Positions 18,394 to 28,449 of a stretch of DNA of 64,000 nucleotides are shown piece after piece (positions within the stretch are counted from its first letter, which is position 1; each line of letters opens with the position of its first letter). A program made the position numbers and the translations under genes. The notes under the pieces were generated by a model. That model ran no database searches. It was not told the origin of the DNA and saw only the letters and a program-made list of their open reading frames with translations. Source of the DNA: Myxococcales bacterium (lineage in GTDB: Bacteria > Myxococcota_A > Polyangia > Polyangiales > Polyangiaceae); the NCBI GenBank assembly GCA_043747615.1, contig JAYTOU010000005.1, positions 24,911 through 88,910 of the forward strand, written 5' to 3'.

Positions 18394-19599
18394 TCACGGA
18401 AACCTCCGCACCACGAGAAGACGAATGAGCGCTTCGAGGGCAACGAGAAACACGCCGGGCGCGAGGAGGAACGGAAAGAGATCCTCCATCGTGGCGGACT
18501 GAGCCTCGAACCGCGTCTTTTCAAGGCTATCCAGGATCGCGTGCATGCTCTTCTCGAGAGCCTGCTTGTCGTTGGCGACGAAGGATTCTCCGCCCGTCTG
18601 ACCGGCAATGGCCTTCAAGAGCTCGGGGTTGACCGGAAAGTGCGCGCGCGAAAAACGCGGCTGACCAAAGAGATCGAAGCCGTCCTGCACCTCGACCTCG
18701 TCGCCGTTTCCGATCTGCACGGTGTAGACCTTTACCCCCTGGGTCTGGGCGAGGTGAGCGGCGTACTCGGGGGCGATGGAGCCCGCGTTCGAGTCTCCGT
18801 CGGTGAGCAGAATGATCGTCTTCGAGCGCGCCGTGCTTCTTCGCAGGCGGGCTACGCCGACGCCGACCGCGTCGCCGATCGCAGTGCCGTTGCCGTCGAT
18901 GATCTCGAGGTCCATCTTCTGCACGAGGGTCGTGAGGAGTGCGTAGTCGAGCGTCGGCGGTGAGAGCACGTAGGCGGCGCGGCCGAACACCACCACGCCG
19001 ATCCGATCCGTCTTCCGACGGGACACGAACTCCAAAATGACTTCTTTTGCCGTCTCCAAACGCGTGCGACGGCTTGCGCTCCTGTTCGGCGTGTTCGCGA
19101 GAGGGACCGGCGCATCCATGATCGCGCGCATCGAGCCTGAGAGATCGAGGACGACCACGATGTCGATCCCGAGCTCGTCTGCGCTCTCGCCGCGCAGGAC
19201 GTCTTGGGGGCGAGCGAGAGCCATGATCCCGAGGACCAACGCCGCCCCGCGGATGACTCCTGGAAGATCGCGGAGCCTCGCGCGCCATCCACGCGGACCG
19301 AGAATGAGCGGGGCAATCGTGGGGAGCGACAAGCGAGGCACGCGCGTGTCGGCGCCGAGGGTCATGATCCACACCACGAACGGAACGATGACCAGCGCCC
19401 CGAGCCACCACTTGGCGAGCCAGCGAGCTCCGAGCCAAGCCTCGCCGCGCATGAGGAGCGGGTAGACGAGACCGATCGCGACGAAGGTGAGTGTGCCAAA
19501 GGCGACGAGAATGCCGCGTACGATCGTGCGGATCCGCTCGCGTGAAATGCTCACCACGGGCTTAGGACGCGCGGCGCGGTCAATGCGGACGCTGCTCAT
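18394..19599 (-). CDS. batA: BatA-like vWA domain membrane protein
   Basis: ALARPQ, GIDIVVVLDLSGSM, DRIGVVVF, PPTLDY, GTAIGDA, ILLTDGDSNAG, LEKT. Confidence 0.9.
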   Translation of the reverse strand: MSSVRIDRAARPKPVVSISRERIRTIVRGILVAFGTLTFVAIGLVYPLLMRGEAWLGARWLAKWWLGALVIVPFVVWIMTLGADTRVPRLSLPTIAPLILGPRGWRARLRDLPGVIRGAALVLGIMALARPQDVLRGESADELGIDIVVVLDLSGSMRAIMDAPVPLANTPNRSASRRTRLETAKEVILEFVSRRKTDRIGVVVFGRAAYVLSPPTLDYALLTTLVQKMDLEIIDGNGTAIGDAVGVGVARLRRSTARSKTIILLTDGDSNAGSIAPEYAAHLAQTQGVKVYTVQIGNGDEVEVQDGFDLFGQPRFSRAHFPVNPELLKAIAGQTGGESFVANDKQALEKSMHAILDSLEKTRFEAQSATMEDLFPFLLAPGVFLVALEALIRLLVVRRFP

Positions 19600-20708
19600 C
19601 GTGCACCCTCGGCGCCGTCGACGCTGGCCGGACCTTCGTCACCGAGCCTCGCGGGCATGGTAGCCCGGACGATGCGCTCCCCCAGATCGAGGGCCCGTGC
19701 GCACTCGGATGGCGTCGGGGTGACGTTGGCAAACTTGACGAGATCGCACTCGCCGAGAAACGCCACAACCTCCGAGAACGACAGTTTCTGAAGAGGCGCG
19801 TGGGCGAGAGCTGCGAGGATCTCGTCGGTCGTGGACTCCAGACCGTCGAAGCCGAAGCGCCCTCCGAGGTACGACCTTAGTGTGTCGTTCACCCGATCGA
19901 AGTACTCCGCGTGGCGCCCCATATCGAGGAGACCTGCATGCCGCACCTCGTCGAGCTCTTCGAGGGCGATGTCCCAGGGCGGACGCGGGGGCGGCGGCGG
20001 CGCGACCGGCTTCGGGCGCTTCAACCACAGGCTCACCAGGTAGGCGATGAGGGCGCCGACGAAGAGGCTCGGGATCCCCCACATGAGAGCGCGCTTGAGC
20101 GCAGTCCATTCTTCGCGCTGCGGACGCGGGGGCGGGTTGGGCATCGGCTTGGCGTCCGGAGTGGACGCCGTGGGGTCCTCGATGACGATCGCGTGCGGCC
20201 TCGTGCACACGGAGGCGATGTCTCCGCTTGCGCGGGCAACGGCGATGGGGACCGGCGGAAGAATCAGGGTATGACGTCCGGGCTCCGGCGGAAGGGCGAT
20301 CAGCGGAAGCTCGAGGATGGTCGTCGCGCGATCGGGCCGCGCTGGATCCGGCAGACCCGCGGTGAGACGCGCACCTGCCCCACCGTCTTGATGGGGAATG
20401 ACGAATCCCGCCTCTTTCAGGGCTTTGGTGGCTTCGCCCGCGCTCTCGAGATCGAGTCCGCGCGGCAGAACGCTCTCCCCTTTTCCGTGCTCGACGGTCA
20501 CGGTCAGCGTCGTCGCGTAGCCGCTCGTGCCGCGCTCGGGGAAGGTCTCGCGCAGGACCGGCCTCTTTCCCCCGACGGGAATTCGCTCCACGCAGCCCGA
20601 GATGGACGCGCCGCCGCCATCGGCAATCACGTCGGCGAATGCGCGCGGGGAAGCGACGACCCCTCCGAGCACGAGCACGATCGCGGCGAGCGAAGCCCCT
20701 CTTGTCAT
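19596..20708 (-). CDS. Conserved membrane protein of the Bat operon (between DUF58 and batA)
   Basis: Signal peptide, TM helix, PPW.IAL..L, LR.YL..RFG...LESTTDE, DLVKFA motifs. Confidence 0.75.
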   Translation of the reverse strand: MTRGASLAAIVLVLGGVVASPRAFADVIADGGGASISGCVERIPVGGKRPVLRETFPERGTSGYATTLTVTVEHGKGESVLPRGLDLESAGEATKALKEAGFVIPHQDGGAGARLTAGLPDPARPDRATTILELPLIALPPEPGRHTLILPPVPIAVARASGDIASVCTRPHAIVIEDPTASTPDAKPMPNPPPRPQREEWTALKRALMWGIPSLFVGALIAYLVSLWLKRPKPVAPPPPPRPPWDIALEELDEVRHAGLLDMGRHAEYFDRVNDTLRSYLGGRFGFDGLESTTDEILAALAHAPLQKLSFSEVVAFLGECDLVKFANVTPTPSECARALDLGERIVRATMPARLGDEGPASVDGAEGAR

Positions 20709-21637
20709 CGGGTGCGCATCCTCCGCGCGCGCCGGGCGAACAGATCGCGCAAGGGTTTGACGAACGAGCCCCCCGTGGAGATCTCCACGGAGTCGACGCC
20801 GAGCTTCAGAAATAGCTGTCTTCGCGCATCGCTCAGCGCCTTCATGGCCTTGGCGTGAGCCTCGCGCACCCGCGGATCGGAGGTGTCGACCAGGATGGAC
20901 TCGCCGCTCTCGAGATCCTCGAAGGTGGCGAGCCCGACGTCGGGCAGATCGATGTCGCGCGGGTCGACGAGGACCACGGGAACCACGTCGTGCTTGGCCG
21001 CAGCCAGGGCCAGCGCGCGCTCGTATCCCTGGGCAAAAAAATCGCTCACGACGAAGGCGATGCTCCTTCGCCGCGCGACGCCGACCAGGGTCTCGAGCGC
21101 CGTCTTGAGATCGGTCGCCGCGCCGAGGATGGGCTCGCCCCGCGCGTTTCGCCCGGGGGCGCTCGCGGCCGACTGCGGAGTGAACGCGAGAATTTCCCGG
21201 ACCACGCGCATGACATGCTTCTCACCCTTTTTCGGAGGGACGATGCGCTCGATCTTGTTCGTCGACAGAATGAGGCCAACGCGGTCGCTGTTGCGGATTG
21301 CGCTGAAGGCAAGGAGAGCGGCGACCTCCGAGGCCACGCGCGTCTTCGGGGCGCGGCGGGTGCCGAATCGTTCGCTCGGCGAGAGATCGACGACGAGCAT
21401 CACCGTCATCTCGCGCTCTTCGACGAAGACCTTGACGAAGGCTTCGTTCATCCGGGCCGAGACGTTCCAGTCGATGGTGCGCACGTCGTCCCCGGGCTGG
21501 TACGGGCGGACTTCGCGAAAAGCGAGGCCCTGGCCCTTGAAGCTCGAGCTGTAGGTACCCGATAGATTTTCGTTAGCCAGCCGCTGGGTGTGGATCTCTA
21601 TGGTGCGGAGCGCGGCGAGAAGTTCCTTGGGGATCAT
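20705..21637 (-). CDS. DUF58 domain protein (MoxR-associated)
   Basis: G.Y.S.FKGQG..F.EVR.YQPGDDVRTIDWNVSAR, EERE, DLS.S, SDF. Confidence 0.93.
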   Translation of the reverse strand: MIPKELLAALRTIEIHTQRLANENLSGTYSSSFKGQGLAFREVRPYQPGDDVRTIDWNVSARMNEAFVKVFVEEREMTVMLVVDLSPSERFGTRRAPKTRVASEVAALLAFSAIRNSDRVGLILSTNKIERIVPPKKGEKHVMRVVREILAFTPQSAASAPGRNARGEPILGAATDLKTALETLVGVARRRSIAFVVSDFFAQGYERALALAAAKHDVVPVVLVDPRDIDLPDVGLATFEDLESGESILVDTSDPRVREAHAKAMKALSDARRQLFLKLGVDSVEISTGGSFVKPLRDLFARRARRMRTR

Positions 21638-21763
21638 GGGGCGAGTCTCGAGGCCGACGAGGAGCGCGGTTTACCACACGCCAGGCTCCTTTTGGGCGTG
21701 GTTACCCTCGCGCGCAGCACCTGAGCCTGCGTTCTTATTCCAGGCGGGGACTTCCTCGCCGAC

Positions 21764-22750
21764 TTAAGGGGGGCAGCAGACCGTCTGGGCGCTCAGCAAG
21801 GCCACATTTTGTGCGGTAGGCGCAATTCCGGTGGCCACACAACCCACCCCCGCGGGGCTCAGTGCGTAGCGATACGACCTGTAGGAATTGCCGTCGATGG
21901 CGGCGTTTCGCAGGCACTGCCCATTCGCGGTGAGGACTTCTGGATTGTTGGCGCATCCGGTGTCGGAGTACATCGTGAGCGAGCCTGAGCACGTGCCCGT
22001 CACGCTGCAGCCGCATGCGCCGCAAGTCGCGCTCACGTCGGTGCCGACCAAATGTTTCACGGAGAAATCCCCAGCCGGGCAGGGACGGTCGCCCGCTTGC
22101 GAGATGCACGCGCGAAACGGCGCAGGGAGGTTCGGGGCGCACGTGCTGCCGGCGCATCCAGCGGCCGCGGGGCTCTCGGGCGCGCAGACCCGCCCCTTTG
22201 CAGCGTACGTCAGGTTCTCTTTCTGAAACACGCCGGGTGACGCGCACACGCCGCCACCTGGAGGGCTGGGCACGAGCTTGGTCTCGGTGCCCGCAATCTC
22301 GTTCGCGGTGAACATGTCGTTGAGGCATCCCCCGGCGGGGCTGTTTCCGTTCTGCGACGGAACACCGGGAAATTGGCACTGATGGAGATTGTCGAAATCG
22401 AAGAACACGTTCACTTTGCCGGTGCACGTTGGCGCCGTCGTCACCGCGCACGCCGCGCAGCCGCACGAGCCGGCGTCGGCGCTTGGACCTTCCAGCACGT
22501 CGGTCGCCGGTGCTGCGAGGCCGGGCGGACAGCCGGCGTCGGTGTTCGTGGCGAAGCCCACGAGCGTCCAGCCCGCAGGAACCGTGACGGTGCGTCCGCT
22601 CTCGACGGACCCGTCTGCGGATGCGTCGGGACCGCCCGGGTTACCGCCGTGTGCCGTGCCATCGCCCACGCCGGGGAGGCCGGCGAGATCGAGCGCGCAG
22701 CCGACGAGCGCCGCCAGGCAAAAGAGCATCGCGAGCCGGCGTCGAGTCAT
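21764..22750 (-). CDS. Cys-rich secreted lipoprotein of unknown function
   Basis: Lipobox LVGC; numerous CxC/CxxCxC clusters; ends TVCCPP. Confidence 0.7.
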   Translation of the reverse strand: MTRRRLAMLFCLAALVGCALDLAGLPGVGDGTAHGGNPGGPDASADGSVESGRTVTVPAGWTLVGFATNTDAGCPPGLAAPATDVLEGPSADAGSCGCAACAVTTAPTCTGKVNVFFDFDNLHQCQFPGVPSQNGNSPAGGCLNDMFTANEIAGTETKLVPSPPGGGVCASPGVFQKENLTYAAKGRVCAPESPAAAGCAGSTCAPNLPAPFRACISQAGDRPCPAGDFSVKHLVGTDVSATCGACGCSVTGTCSGSLTMYSDTGCANNPEVLTANGQCLRNAAIDGNSYRSYRYALSPAGVGCVATGIAPTAQNVALLSAQTVCCPP

Positions 22751-22816
22751 GGCCCCCGAGTGTGCGGGAGATTTCCCCTGCATGCAAAGCTGCCCCCGCG
22801 CCCAAACGCCCGCACG

Positions 22817-23803
22817 CTATGGCACTTCGACGACCTCGAACACGCGGCGGACGACTTGCTCAGCGGTCACTTCCTCGGCGTCGGCCTCGTAGGTGAGCAC
22901 GAGCCGGTGACGAAGCACATCGGGCCCCACGGCCTTCACGTCTTCCGGCGTGACGTAGCCGCGATGCCGTAAGAACGCGTGCGCGCGCGCCGCCAAATTC
23001 AGGGCAATGCTCGCACGGGGAGAGGCGCCGAACTCGATGAGCGGCGCGAGATCTTTGAGCCCGTGCTTCTTGGGCTCACGTGTCGCGAAGACCACCTCGA
23101 CGATGTAGTCCTTCACTTTTTCGTCGATGTAGATTTGCGAGATGACCCCCTTGGCGTCGTTCAGCTGCGCCGGGGTGACGACGGGCTCCGCCTTGAGCGG
23201 CTCCATCGCCGTCATGCGATCCATGATCTTCCGCTCGTCTTCGCGCGACGGGTAACCGACCTTCACCATCAGCATGAAGCGGTCGATTTGCGCTTCCGGA
23301 AGAGGGTACGTCCCCTCTTGCTCGATCGGGTTTTGCGTCGCCATGACGATGAACGGCTGGGGGAGGGGATACGTCTTGTCGCCGATGGTGACCTGCCGCT
23401 CCTGCATTGCTTCGAGGAGCGCGCTCTGCACCTTCGCGGGCGCGCGGTTGATCTCGTCGGCGAGGACGAGGTTCGCGAAGATCGGCCCCAACTTGGAGGT
23501 GAACTCCCCCTTCTGCTGGTTGTAGATGACGGTGCCGACGAGGTCTGCAGGGAGGAGGTCGGGCGTGAACTGTACGCGCGCGAACTTCGCGGAGATCGAG
23601 TCGCACAGCGTTCGTACGGTGAGCGTCTTTGCCAGACCGGGGACACCTTCGAGGAGGACATGACCGCCGGTGAGCAGCCCGATGAGGATGCGCTCGATCA
23701 TGTAGGACTGGCCGACGATGACCTTGCCGACCTCGTTCGTGATTTTGTCGACGAAGGCACTCTCCTTCGCGACGAGCTCGTTCAATGCGCGGACGTCGTA
23801 CAT
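22817..23803 (-). CDS. moxR: MoxR family AAA+ ATPase
   Basis: GHVLLEGVPGLAKT, QFTPDLLPAD, LADEINRAPAKVQSALLEAMQE, ATQNPIEQEGTYPLPEAQ.DRF, GASPR. Confidence 0.97.
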   Translation of the reverse strand: MYDVRALNELVAKESAFVDKITNEVGKVIVGQSYMIERILIGLLTGGHVLLEGVPGLAKTLTVRTLCDSISAKFARVQFTPDLLPADLVGTVIYNQQKGEFTSKLGPIFANLVLADEINRAPAKVQSALLEAMQERQVTIGDKTYPLPQPFIVMATQNPIEQEGTYPLPEAQIDRFMLMVKVGYPSREDERKIMDRMTAMEPLKAEPVVTPAQLNDAKGVISQIYIDEKVKDYIVEVVFATREPKKHGLKDLAPLIEFGASPRASIALNLAARAHAFLRHRGYVTPEDVKAVGPDVLRHRLVLTYEADAEEVTAEQVVRRVFEVVEVP

Positions 23804-23834
23804 GGCACGCCGTTTAGCACAGCTCCGCGCCGAC

Positions 23835-24872
23835 TTATTCCACTTCGAGCACCACTTTTCCGAAGGCTTTGCGTTCCTCGAGAATGCTGTGCGCCTCGGG
23901 CGCGCTCCACAGGGGCAGGACGCGGTCGACGACCGGCTTCAGCGTTCCTGCTTCGACCAGCCCGAGAATGCGAAAAAGATCTCCCTTCGACCCCATGGTC
24001 GAGCCGAGGACCTGCACCTGGCGAAAGAAGATGTGCCGGAGGTCGATGGTCGGTGAAAATCCGGTGGTCGCTCCGCAGGTGACCACCCGGCCGCCACGCC
24101 CGGTCGCGAGAATGCTCTTCACGAACACCTCGCCGCCGACATGCTCGATCACCGCGTCGACGCCCTTCTTTTCGGTCAATCGCTTGCACTCTGCAACGAA
24201 GTCCTGGGTCGTGTAGTTGATGGCCACGTCGGCTCCGAGGGCGCGCGCGCGCTCGCATTTCTCGTCGCTGCCTGCGGTGGTGAGCACCCTTGCTCCAAAC
24301 AGTTTCGCGATCTGAATGGCAGCGCTGGACACCCCGCTCCCCGCCGCCTGAACGAGAACGGTCTGTCCGGGCACGACCTCGGCGCGCCGCACGACCATCT
24401 GCCACGCCGTGAGAAAGACGAGCGGGATGGCGGCCGCCTCCGTGAACGAAAGATTCGCCGGGAGAGGAAGGACGTTCGCGTCGGGGACGTTGATGTGCCG
24501 CGCGTAGCCGCCCTGGGTGTTCTCTCCGAAGATGCGGTACTTCGCGCAGAAGTTGTCGTCGCCGGAGAGGCATTTCGCGCACACGCCGCAGGAGCGCCCG
24601 GGATTGACGATGATCTTCTGACCGACCTCGCAGCCTGTGGCGCCGGGGCCGAGGGCTTCGATCTCGCCCGCCATGTCTGCTCCGAGGCGATGCGGGAACT
24701 CGTACTTCATGCCGGGCAGCCCACGCCGCGCCCACACGTCGAGGTGGTTCACGGCAACCGCGCGCACGCGCACCCGAACTTCGCGCGGGCCCGGCTCGGG
24801 GAGCTCGATCGTCTCTCGGACGATGACCTCGGGCCCGCCGTGGCCGCGGATCACCATGGCTTCTGTTTTCAT
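23835..24872 (-). CDS. Zinc-binding medium-chain dehydrogenase/reductase
   Basis: VNHLD, CGVCAKCLSGDDNFC structural Zn site, GGYA, AAGSGV, GSTMG, FGKVVL. Confidence 0.9.
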   Translation of the reverse strand: MKTEAMVIRGHGGPEVIVRETIELPEPGPREVRVRVRAVAVNHLDVWARRGLPGMKYEFPHRLGADMAGEIEALGPGATGCEVGQKIIVNPGRSCGVCAKCLSGDDNFCAKYRIFGENTQGGYARHINVPDANVLPLPANLSFTEAAAIPLVFLTAWQMVVRRAEVVPGQTVLVQAAGSGVSSAAIQIAKLFGARVLTTAGSDEKCERARALGADVAINYTTQDFVAECKRLTEKKGVDAVIEHVGGEVFVKSILATGRGGRVVTCGATTGFSPTIDLRHIFFRQVQVLGSTMGSKGDLFRILGLVEAGTLKPVVDRVLPLWSAPEAHSILEERKAFGKVVLEVE

Positions 24873-25284
24873 CGCCGGGAAACTATCACGCACTCAACGT
24901 CGTGCCCTTGGCTCTACTCGAGGCGCCTCTTCAGATACTTCGCGGCGACCGTGCCGACCTCGGCCGCGCAGTGACGTGCGCCCCCGCCCGAGGACGTCGT
25001 GCCGCAATTCCCGTGGATGCGAATGACACCGCGTCGAACCACACGCAACGCATCAACGCTATCGTGCGAATCTCCAAGGTCGGTGACGCACTCGAGGTCA
25101 CCCGCCTCGAGGACGAACACGGCGAGCTTGCCCCCGCTCGCGGGCGACAACGCTTATGCGTTCGTCGTGAAGCAACCTATTCGACCTCCGCAAACGAAAT
25201 CAAAGCTCTGCAAGCGACCTGATCGGCCGAAACGCGCCGCTTCTCAAGATTCACAATCCACGCGCCGCTCGCTGCTCGCGACTC

Positions 25285-25400
25285 GTCGCCGTTCGCGCGC
25301 CGCACCCGAGCCCGAATTCACGCCGTTTCCCGCTCCGCGCGCGCGATCCAAGCCCCCGACGTCCGTTTGCGAAGCCTTCACGCCGTTTGCGGAGCCCTTC
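25285..25400. repeat. Degenerate short direct repeats upstream of a hypothetical gene
   Basis: TTCACGCCGTTT at 25317-25328 and 25377-25388; CCGTTTGCG.AGCC(C)TTC at 25363 and 25383. Confidence 0.55.
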
Positions 25401-25551
25401 GCGTCGCGCAAAAAACGAAAAACGCCCACGCAACCAACCTCAAGACCGGGCCGACAGGGCTTCAACGGCGAGGCGATGGTCGCAGCGTCGGTCTACGAGT
25501 CACGGAGCATCCTCCGCGTCTCACCCATGACCACCCAGGCAACGAAAAAAG

Positions 25552-26355
25552 ATGATCACAGCCATCGAAACAGTCGGTACCGCCACCCTTGAAGACACTC
25601 CGCGACGCGCCCTCGAGCTCATTCGAGGTATCGGCGCCTCTCGGGAGATCATGCGAGCCCTGGTCACGGCGGGTTACACCACGAAAGATCACGAGGAGGG
25701 CATCCGCCTCGTGAACGATGTCCTCGGCTACATCGCCCGTCCCTCTGCTGTACCTTCGGCTTCCGCGCCCTCGTATGGCGCGGCGGTGAAAGAGATCAAG
25801 CAGTGGGTGAAATCGGATTTTCGTCGCATCAAGATCGGACTCCACCGCTTCTTCCCCGAGCAAGCCGAGTACCTCTTCACGGGTCTCGACGTCTCGGGGG
25901 TGATGGACGCCGTCGCGCTCGTCGAGATCTTTCTCAAGCGCCTCGGTTCTCTCGCCAACGATCCGGAACGCAAGGCCACGCGAAAGGCGGATCACGCCGC
26001 CCTCGCGATGCTCGAGGCGCGCCGGGTCACCAAGGCGAACCTCAAGCACCTCCAGGCCCTCGTCACCGAAACCCACGCGACGCCCGCCGTTCCGCCTGTC
26101 GAAGCATCGACCGGTGAGACCGACGGTCGCCTCGAGGCCCTCGTCGCCCTCCGCGCGTGGTACGCGGACTGGGCAGAGACGGCGCGCATCGTCCTCACGC
26201 GCCGCGACCACCTGATTCGCGTGGGCCTCGCCGCGCGTAAACCCCGCGCCGCCGCAGCGATGCGCGTCGTCGTTGGCCCGCTCGCGTCCTCCGCGGCGTC
26301 GTCGGAGTCGGCGATGCGTGCGCTCCCCATGTCCACGAGCACCCACGCGGGATGA
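25552..26355 (+). CDS. Hypothetical all-helical protein of unknown function
   Basis: 267-aa ORF with GC3-rich codons; motifs GYT..DH.EG..L and L.AWY.DW..TAR....RRD.LI..GLA.R resemble a recurrent myxobacterial family. Confidence 0.75.
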   Translation: MITAIETVGTATLEDTPRRALELIRGIGASREIMRALVTAGYTTKDHEEGIRLVNDVLGYIARPSAVPSASAPSYGAAVKEIKQWVKSDFRRIKIGLHRFFPEQAEYLFTGLDVSGVMDAVALVEIFLKRLGSLANDPERKATRKADHAALAMLEARRVTKANLKHLQALVTETHATPAVPPVEASTGETDGRLEALVALRAWYADWAETARIVLTRRDHLIRVGLAARKPRAAAAMRVVVGPLASSAASSESAMRALPMSTSTHAG

Positions 26356-26438
26356 GCACACGCGGGTGCATCACCCGACGAAGACCGCTCCGACGCGGAA
26401 TCGAGTAGCCCTCGGTTTCGCGTTTTCGTTTGTCGGTC

Positions 26439-27026
26439 CTAAGCCTGCATCTCGGGAGTAGCGCCGGCGTCTCCACCTTCGGGCGCGACGGCGTGGGAGA
26501 GGGCGAGCGTGAGAATGAGAATGGTGCGGTACACGAGGTGAACGTCGTCGACGTCGACGTCGCGCTCCGCCGCTCCCTCCGAGCCTTCGAGCGCCGCCTC
26601 GACGTGCGCATTGATGAACTCCAGGATGCCCGGCTGCTCCTGGGCGATGACGTCATCGAGCTCGATCGGCTCGTCGGCCTGGCTCGCGCGCAGCTCCTCT
26701 TCGAGGAGAAGCGCTGCCTCAGTGGCCTTGAGCGCGTCTTCGTTCACGATGCGCAGACGATCGCGAAAAGCGCGCTCGAACCCGAGCCACACCGCGATGG
26801 ACAGGAAGTAGCCGAGGGAGAGCGCGATCTCGTCGAGCTGACGGCCGAGGACATCGCTCACCAGCCCTGCGAGGTGCGGCTGCGTGCGCTCGAATCTCAC
26901 GAAGGCGGCGTCGAGCTCTTCCTTGGCCCGCTCGGAGCCGAGCTCGTCCTCGACCTGCTCGAGGACGGTGATGACAATCACCGCATAGCTCGGAACAGGC
27001 CGAATCGCGGCGCCACGCACCCACAC
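26439..27026 (-). CDS. Conserved acidic hypothetical protein
   Basis: Coding-like composition (FERTQP.L, LGYFL...VW..F, EQP); TAGGCT -10-like box 6 nt before the GTG. Confidence 0.7.
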   Translation of the reverse strand: MWVRGAAIRPVPSYAVIVITVLEQVEDELGSERAKEELDAAFVRFERTQPHLAGLVSDVLGRQLDEIALSLGYFLSIAVWLGFERAFRDRLRIVNEDALKATEAALLLEEELRASQADEPIELDDVIAQEQPGILEFINAHVEAALEGSEGAAERDVDVDDVHLVYRTILILTLALSHAVAPEGGDAGATPEMQA

Positions 27027-27050
27027 TCGATCAGCCTACCACGCCCGCGG

Positions 27051-27635
27051 TCACTTCGTTCGACGCGTCGTCGCCCGATTCGTCGAGCCGGCGCGACGCT
27101 CGGCGTGAATGCTCCACACGCACCACGCGAGCCCGATCATTCCGACGAGGGCCATCCACAGGACGCCGCGTCCGAGCGCGCTCGCTGTGATGGGCTCCGT
27201 CCCAAAGTCCCCGTGGAACTGAGCGTAGCTCGCGCTCGTCGAGAGCCGGTGCTGGAGGGCGAGCACCAGAATCGCGAGGAGTACGGCGGGCACGCCCCCG
27301 ATCGCACCGACCACCCCCAGCCGCTGACCACGCGCAGGGCGGGCCGCGACCGCGAAGGTAATGGGGAGCGTCACCGTCGCGAGGAGGACGAGCGCAAGAT
27401 CGATCGCCGATGGAACCGCGCGGGAGGCAATCCAGTAGAGGTAAGCCCAATCCCCGTGAAACGCCGCGAAGTAGCCCACGATCGGCCCGTAGACGAACGC
27501 GGCGAAGAGCGCGCTGATCACGAACGGTCGAGAGAGCGCGAGCGGCCCTTCCTCGCGGGCAAGCTCCGTCCGAGCGAGCCACGCGAGGAGCGCTCCGAGG
27601 AGCACGCCTCCAAAGGGGGCAAAGAGGATCGGCAC
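27051..27635 (-). CDS. Hypothetical integral membrane protein
   Basis: Multiple hydrophobic helices, GDWAYLY motif; TAAGCT box 6 nt before the GTG. Confidence 0.7.
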   Translation of the reverse strand: MPILFAPFGGVLLGALLAWLARTELAREEGPLALSRPFVISALFAAFVYGPIVGYFAAFHGDWAYLYWIASRAVPSAIDLALVLLATVTLPITFAVAARPARGQRLGVVGAIGGVPAVLLAILVLALQHRLSTSASYAQFHGDFGTEPITASALGRGVLWMALVGMIGLAWCVWSIHAERRAGSTNRATTRRTK

Positions 27636-27690
27636 GGAGGCAGCTTACCCCTCCCGGCGCTCGAGAGACTTAATGCTAGGTTCGGCACCC

Positions 27691-28449
27691 ATGGACCCGG
27701 CAAAAATACGCGAGTTACTCGGCGCCGTTCAGAGCGGCTCGACGAGCGTCGACGACGCGCTCGGCACCCTCAAGGATCTCCCTTTCGCCGATCTCGGCTA
27801 CGCGATGGTCGATCATCACCGCGCGCTTCGTCAGGGTGTGCCGGAGGTGATCTTCGGCGCGGGCAAGAGCGTCGCGCAGATCGTAGGCATCGCGACAGAG
27901 CTGGCCAAGCACGGACAAAACGTTCTCGTTACCCGGATCGATGAGGCGAGCGCTCAGGCGGTGATGAAAGAGGTCCCAAAGCTCACCTACATTGCCGCGG
28001 CGCAAATCGCGACCATCGAGCAAGCGCCGATTCCGCTGCTCTGTGAGGCGCCGGTGGCCTTGGTCAGCGCGGGGACGAGCGATCTTCCGGTGGCCGAAGA
28101 GTGCGCGGAGACGATGCGGATGCTCGGAGTGCGCGTCGAGCGGGTCTACGACGTGGGAGTCGCCGGGATTCACCGCGTTCTCCACAAGCGCGAAATTTTC
28201 GAGCGCTGCGCGGTGGTGGTGGTCGTGGCAGGAATGGAAGGCGCGCTCGCAAGCGTCGTTGGAGGGCTCGTCGACAGTCCGGTCATCGCTGTGCCGACGT
28301 CGGTTGGCTACGGCGCCGCGCTTGGTGGCATCGCCGCTCTCCTCGGCATGCTCACGAGCTGCGCGTCGGGCGTCACGGTGGTCAACATCGACAACGGTTT
28401 CGGAGCCGCGTTTGCCGCCGCGCGCATTCTCCGCGCGAGAACGCGATGA
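27691..28449 (+). CDS. larB: Nickel-pincer cofactor biosynthesis protein LarB (PurE/AIR-carboxylase-like)
   Basis: DLGYA.VDHHR..RQG.PEVIFG.GK, AGTSDLPVAEE, DVGVAGIHR, VAGMEGAL.SV, AVPTSVGYG, SCASGVTVVNIDNGFGA. Confidence 0.93.
   Translation: MDPAKIRELLGAVQSGSTSVDDALGTLKDLPFADLGYAMVDHHRALRQGVPEVIFGAGKSVAQIVGIATELAKHGQNVLVTRIDEASAQAVMKEVPKLTYIAAAQIATIEQAPIPLLCEAPVALVSAGTSDLPVAEECAETMRMLGVRVERVYDVGVAGIHRVLHKREIFERCAVVVVVAGMEGALASVVGGLVDSPVIAVPTSVGYGAALGGIAALLGMLTSCASGVTVVNIDNGFGAAFAAARILRARTR

Noticed and set aside
24895..25225. Short ORFs on both strands upstream of the dehydrogenase (possible gene debris)
   Set aside because: Fragments such as IVRISKVG and AAEVGTVAAKYL look protein-like but are too short to assign to a family or strand.
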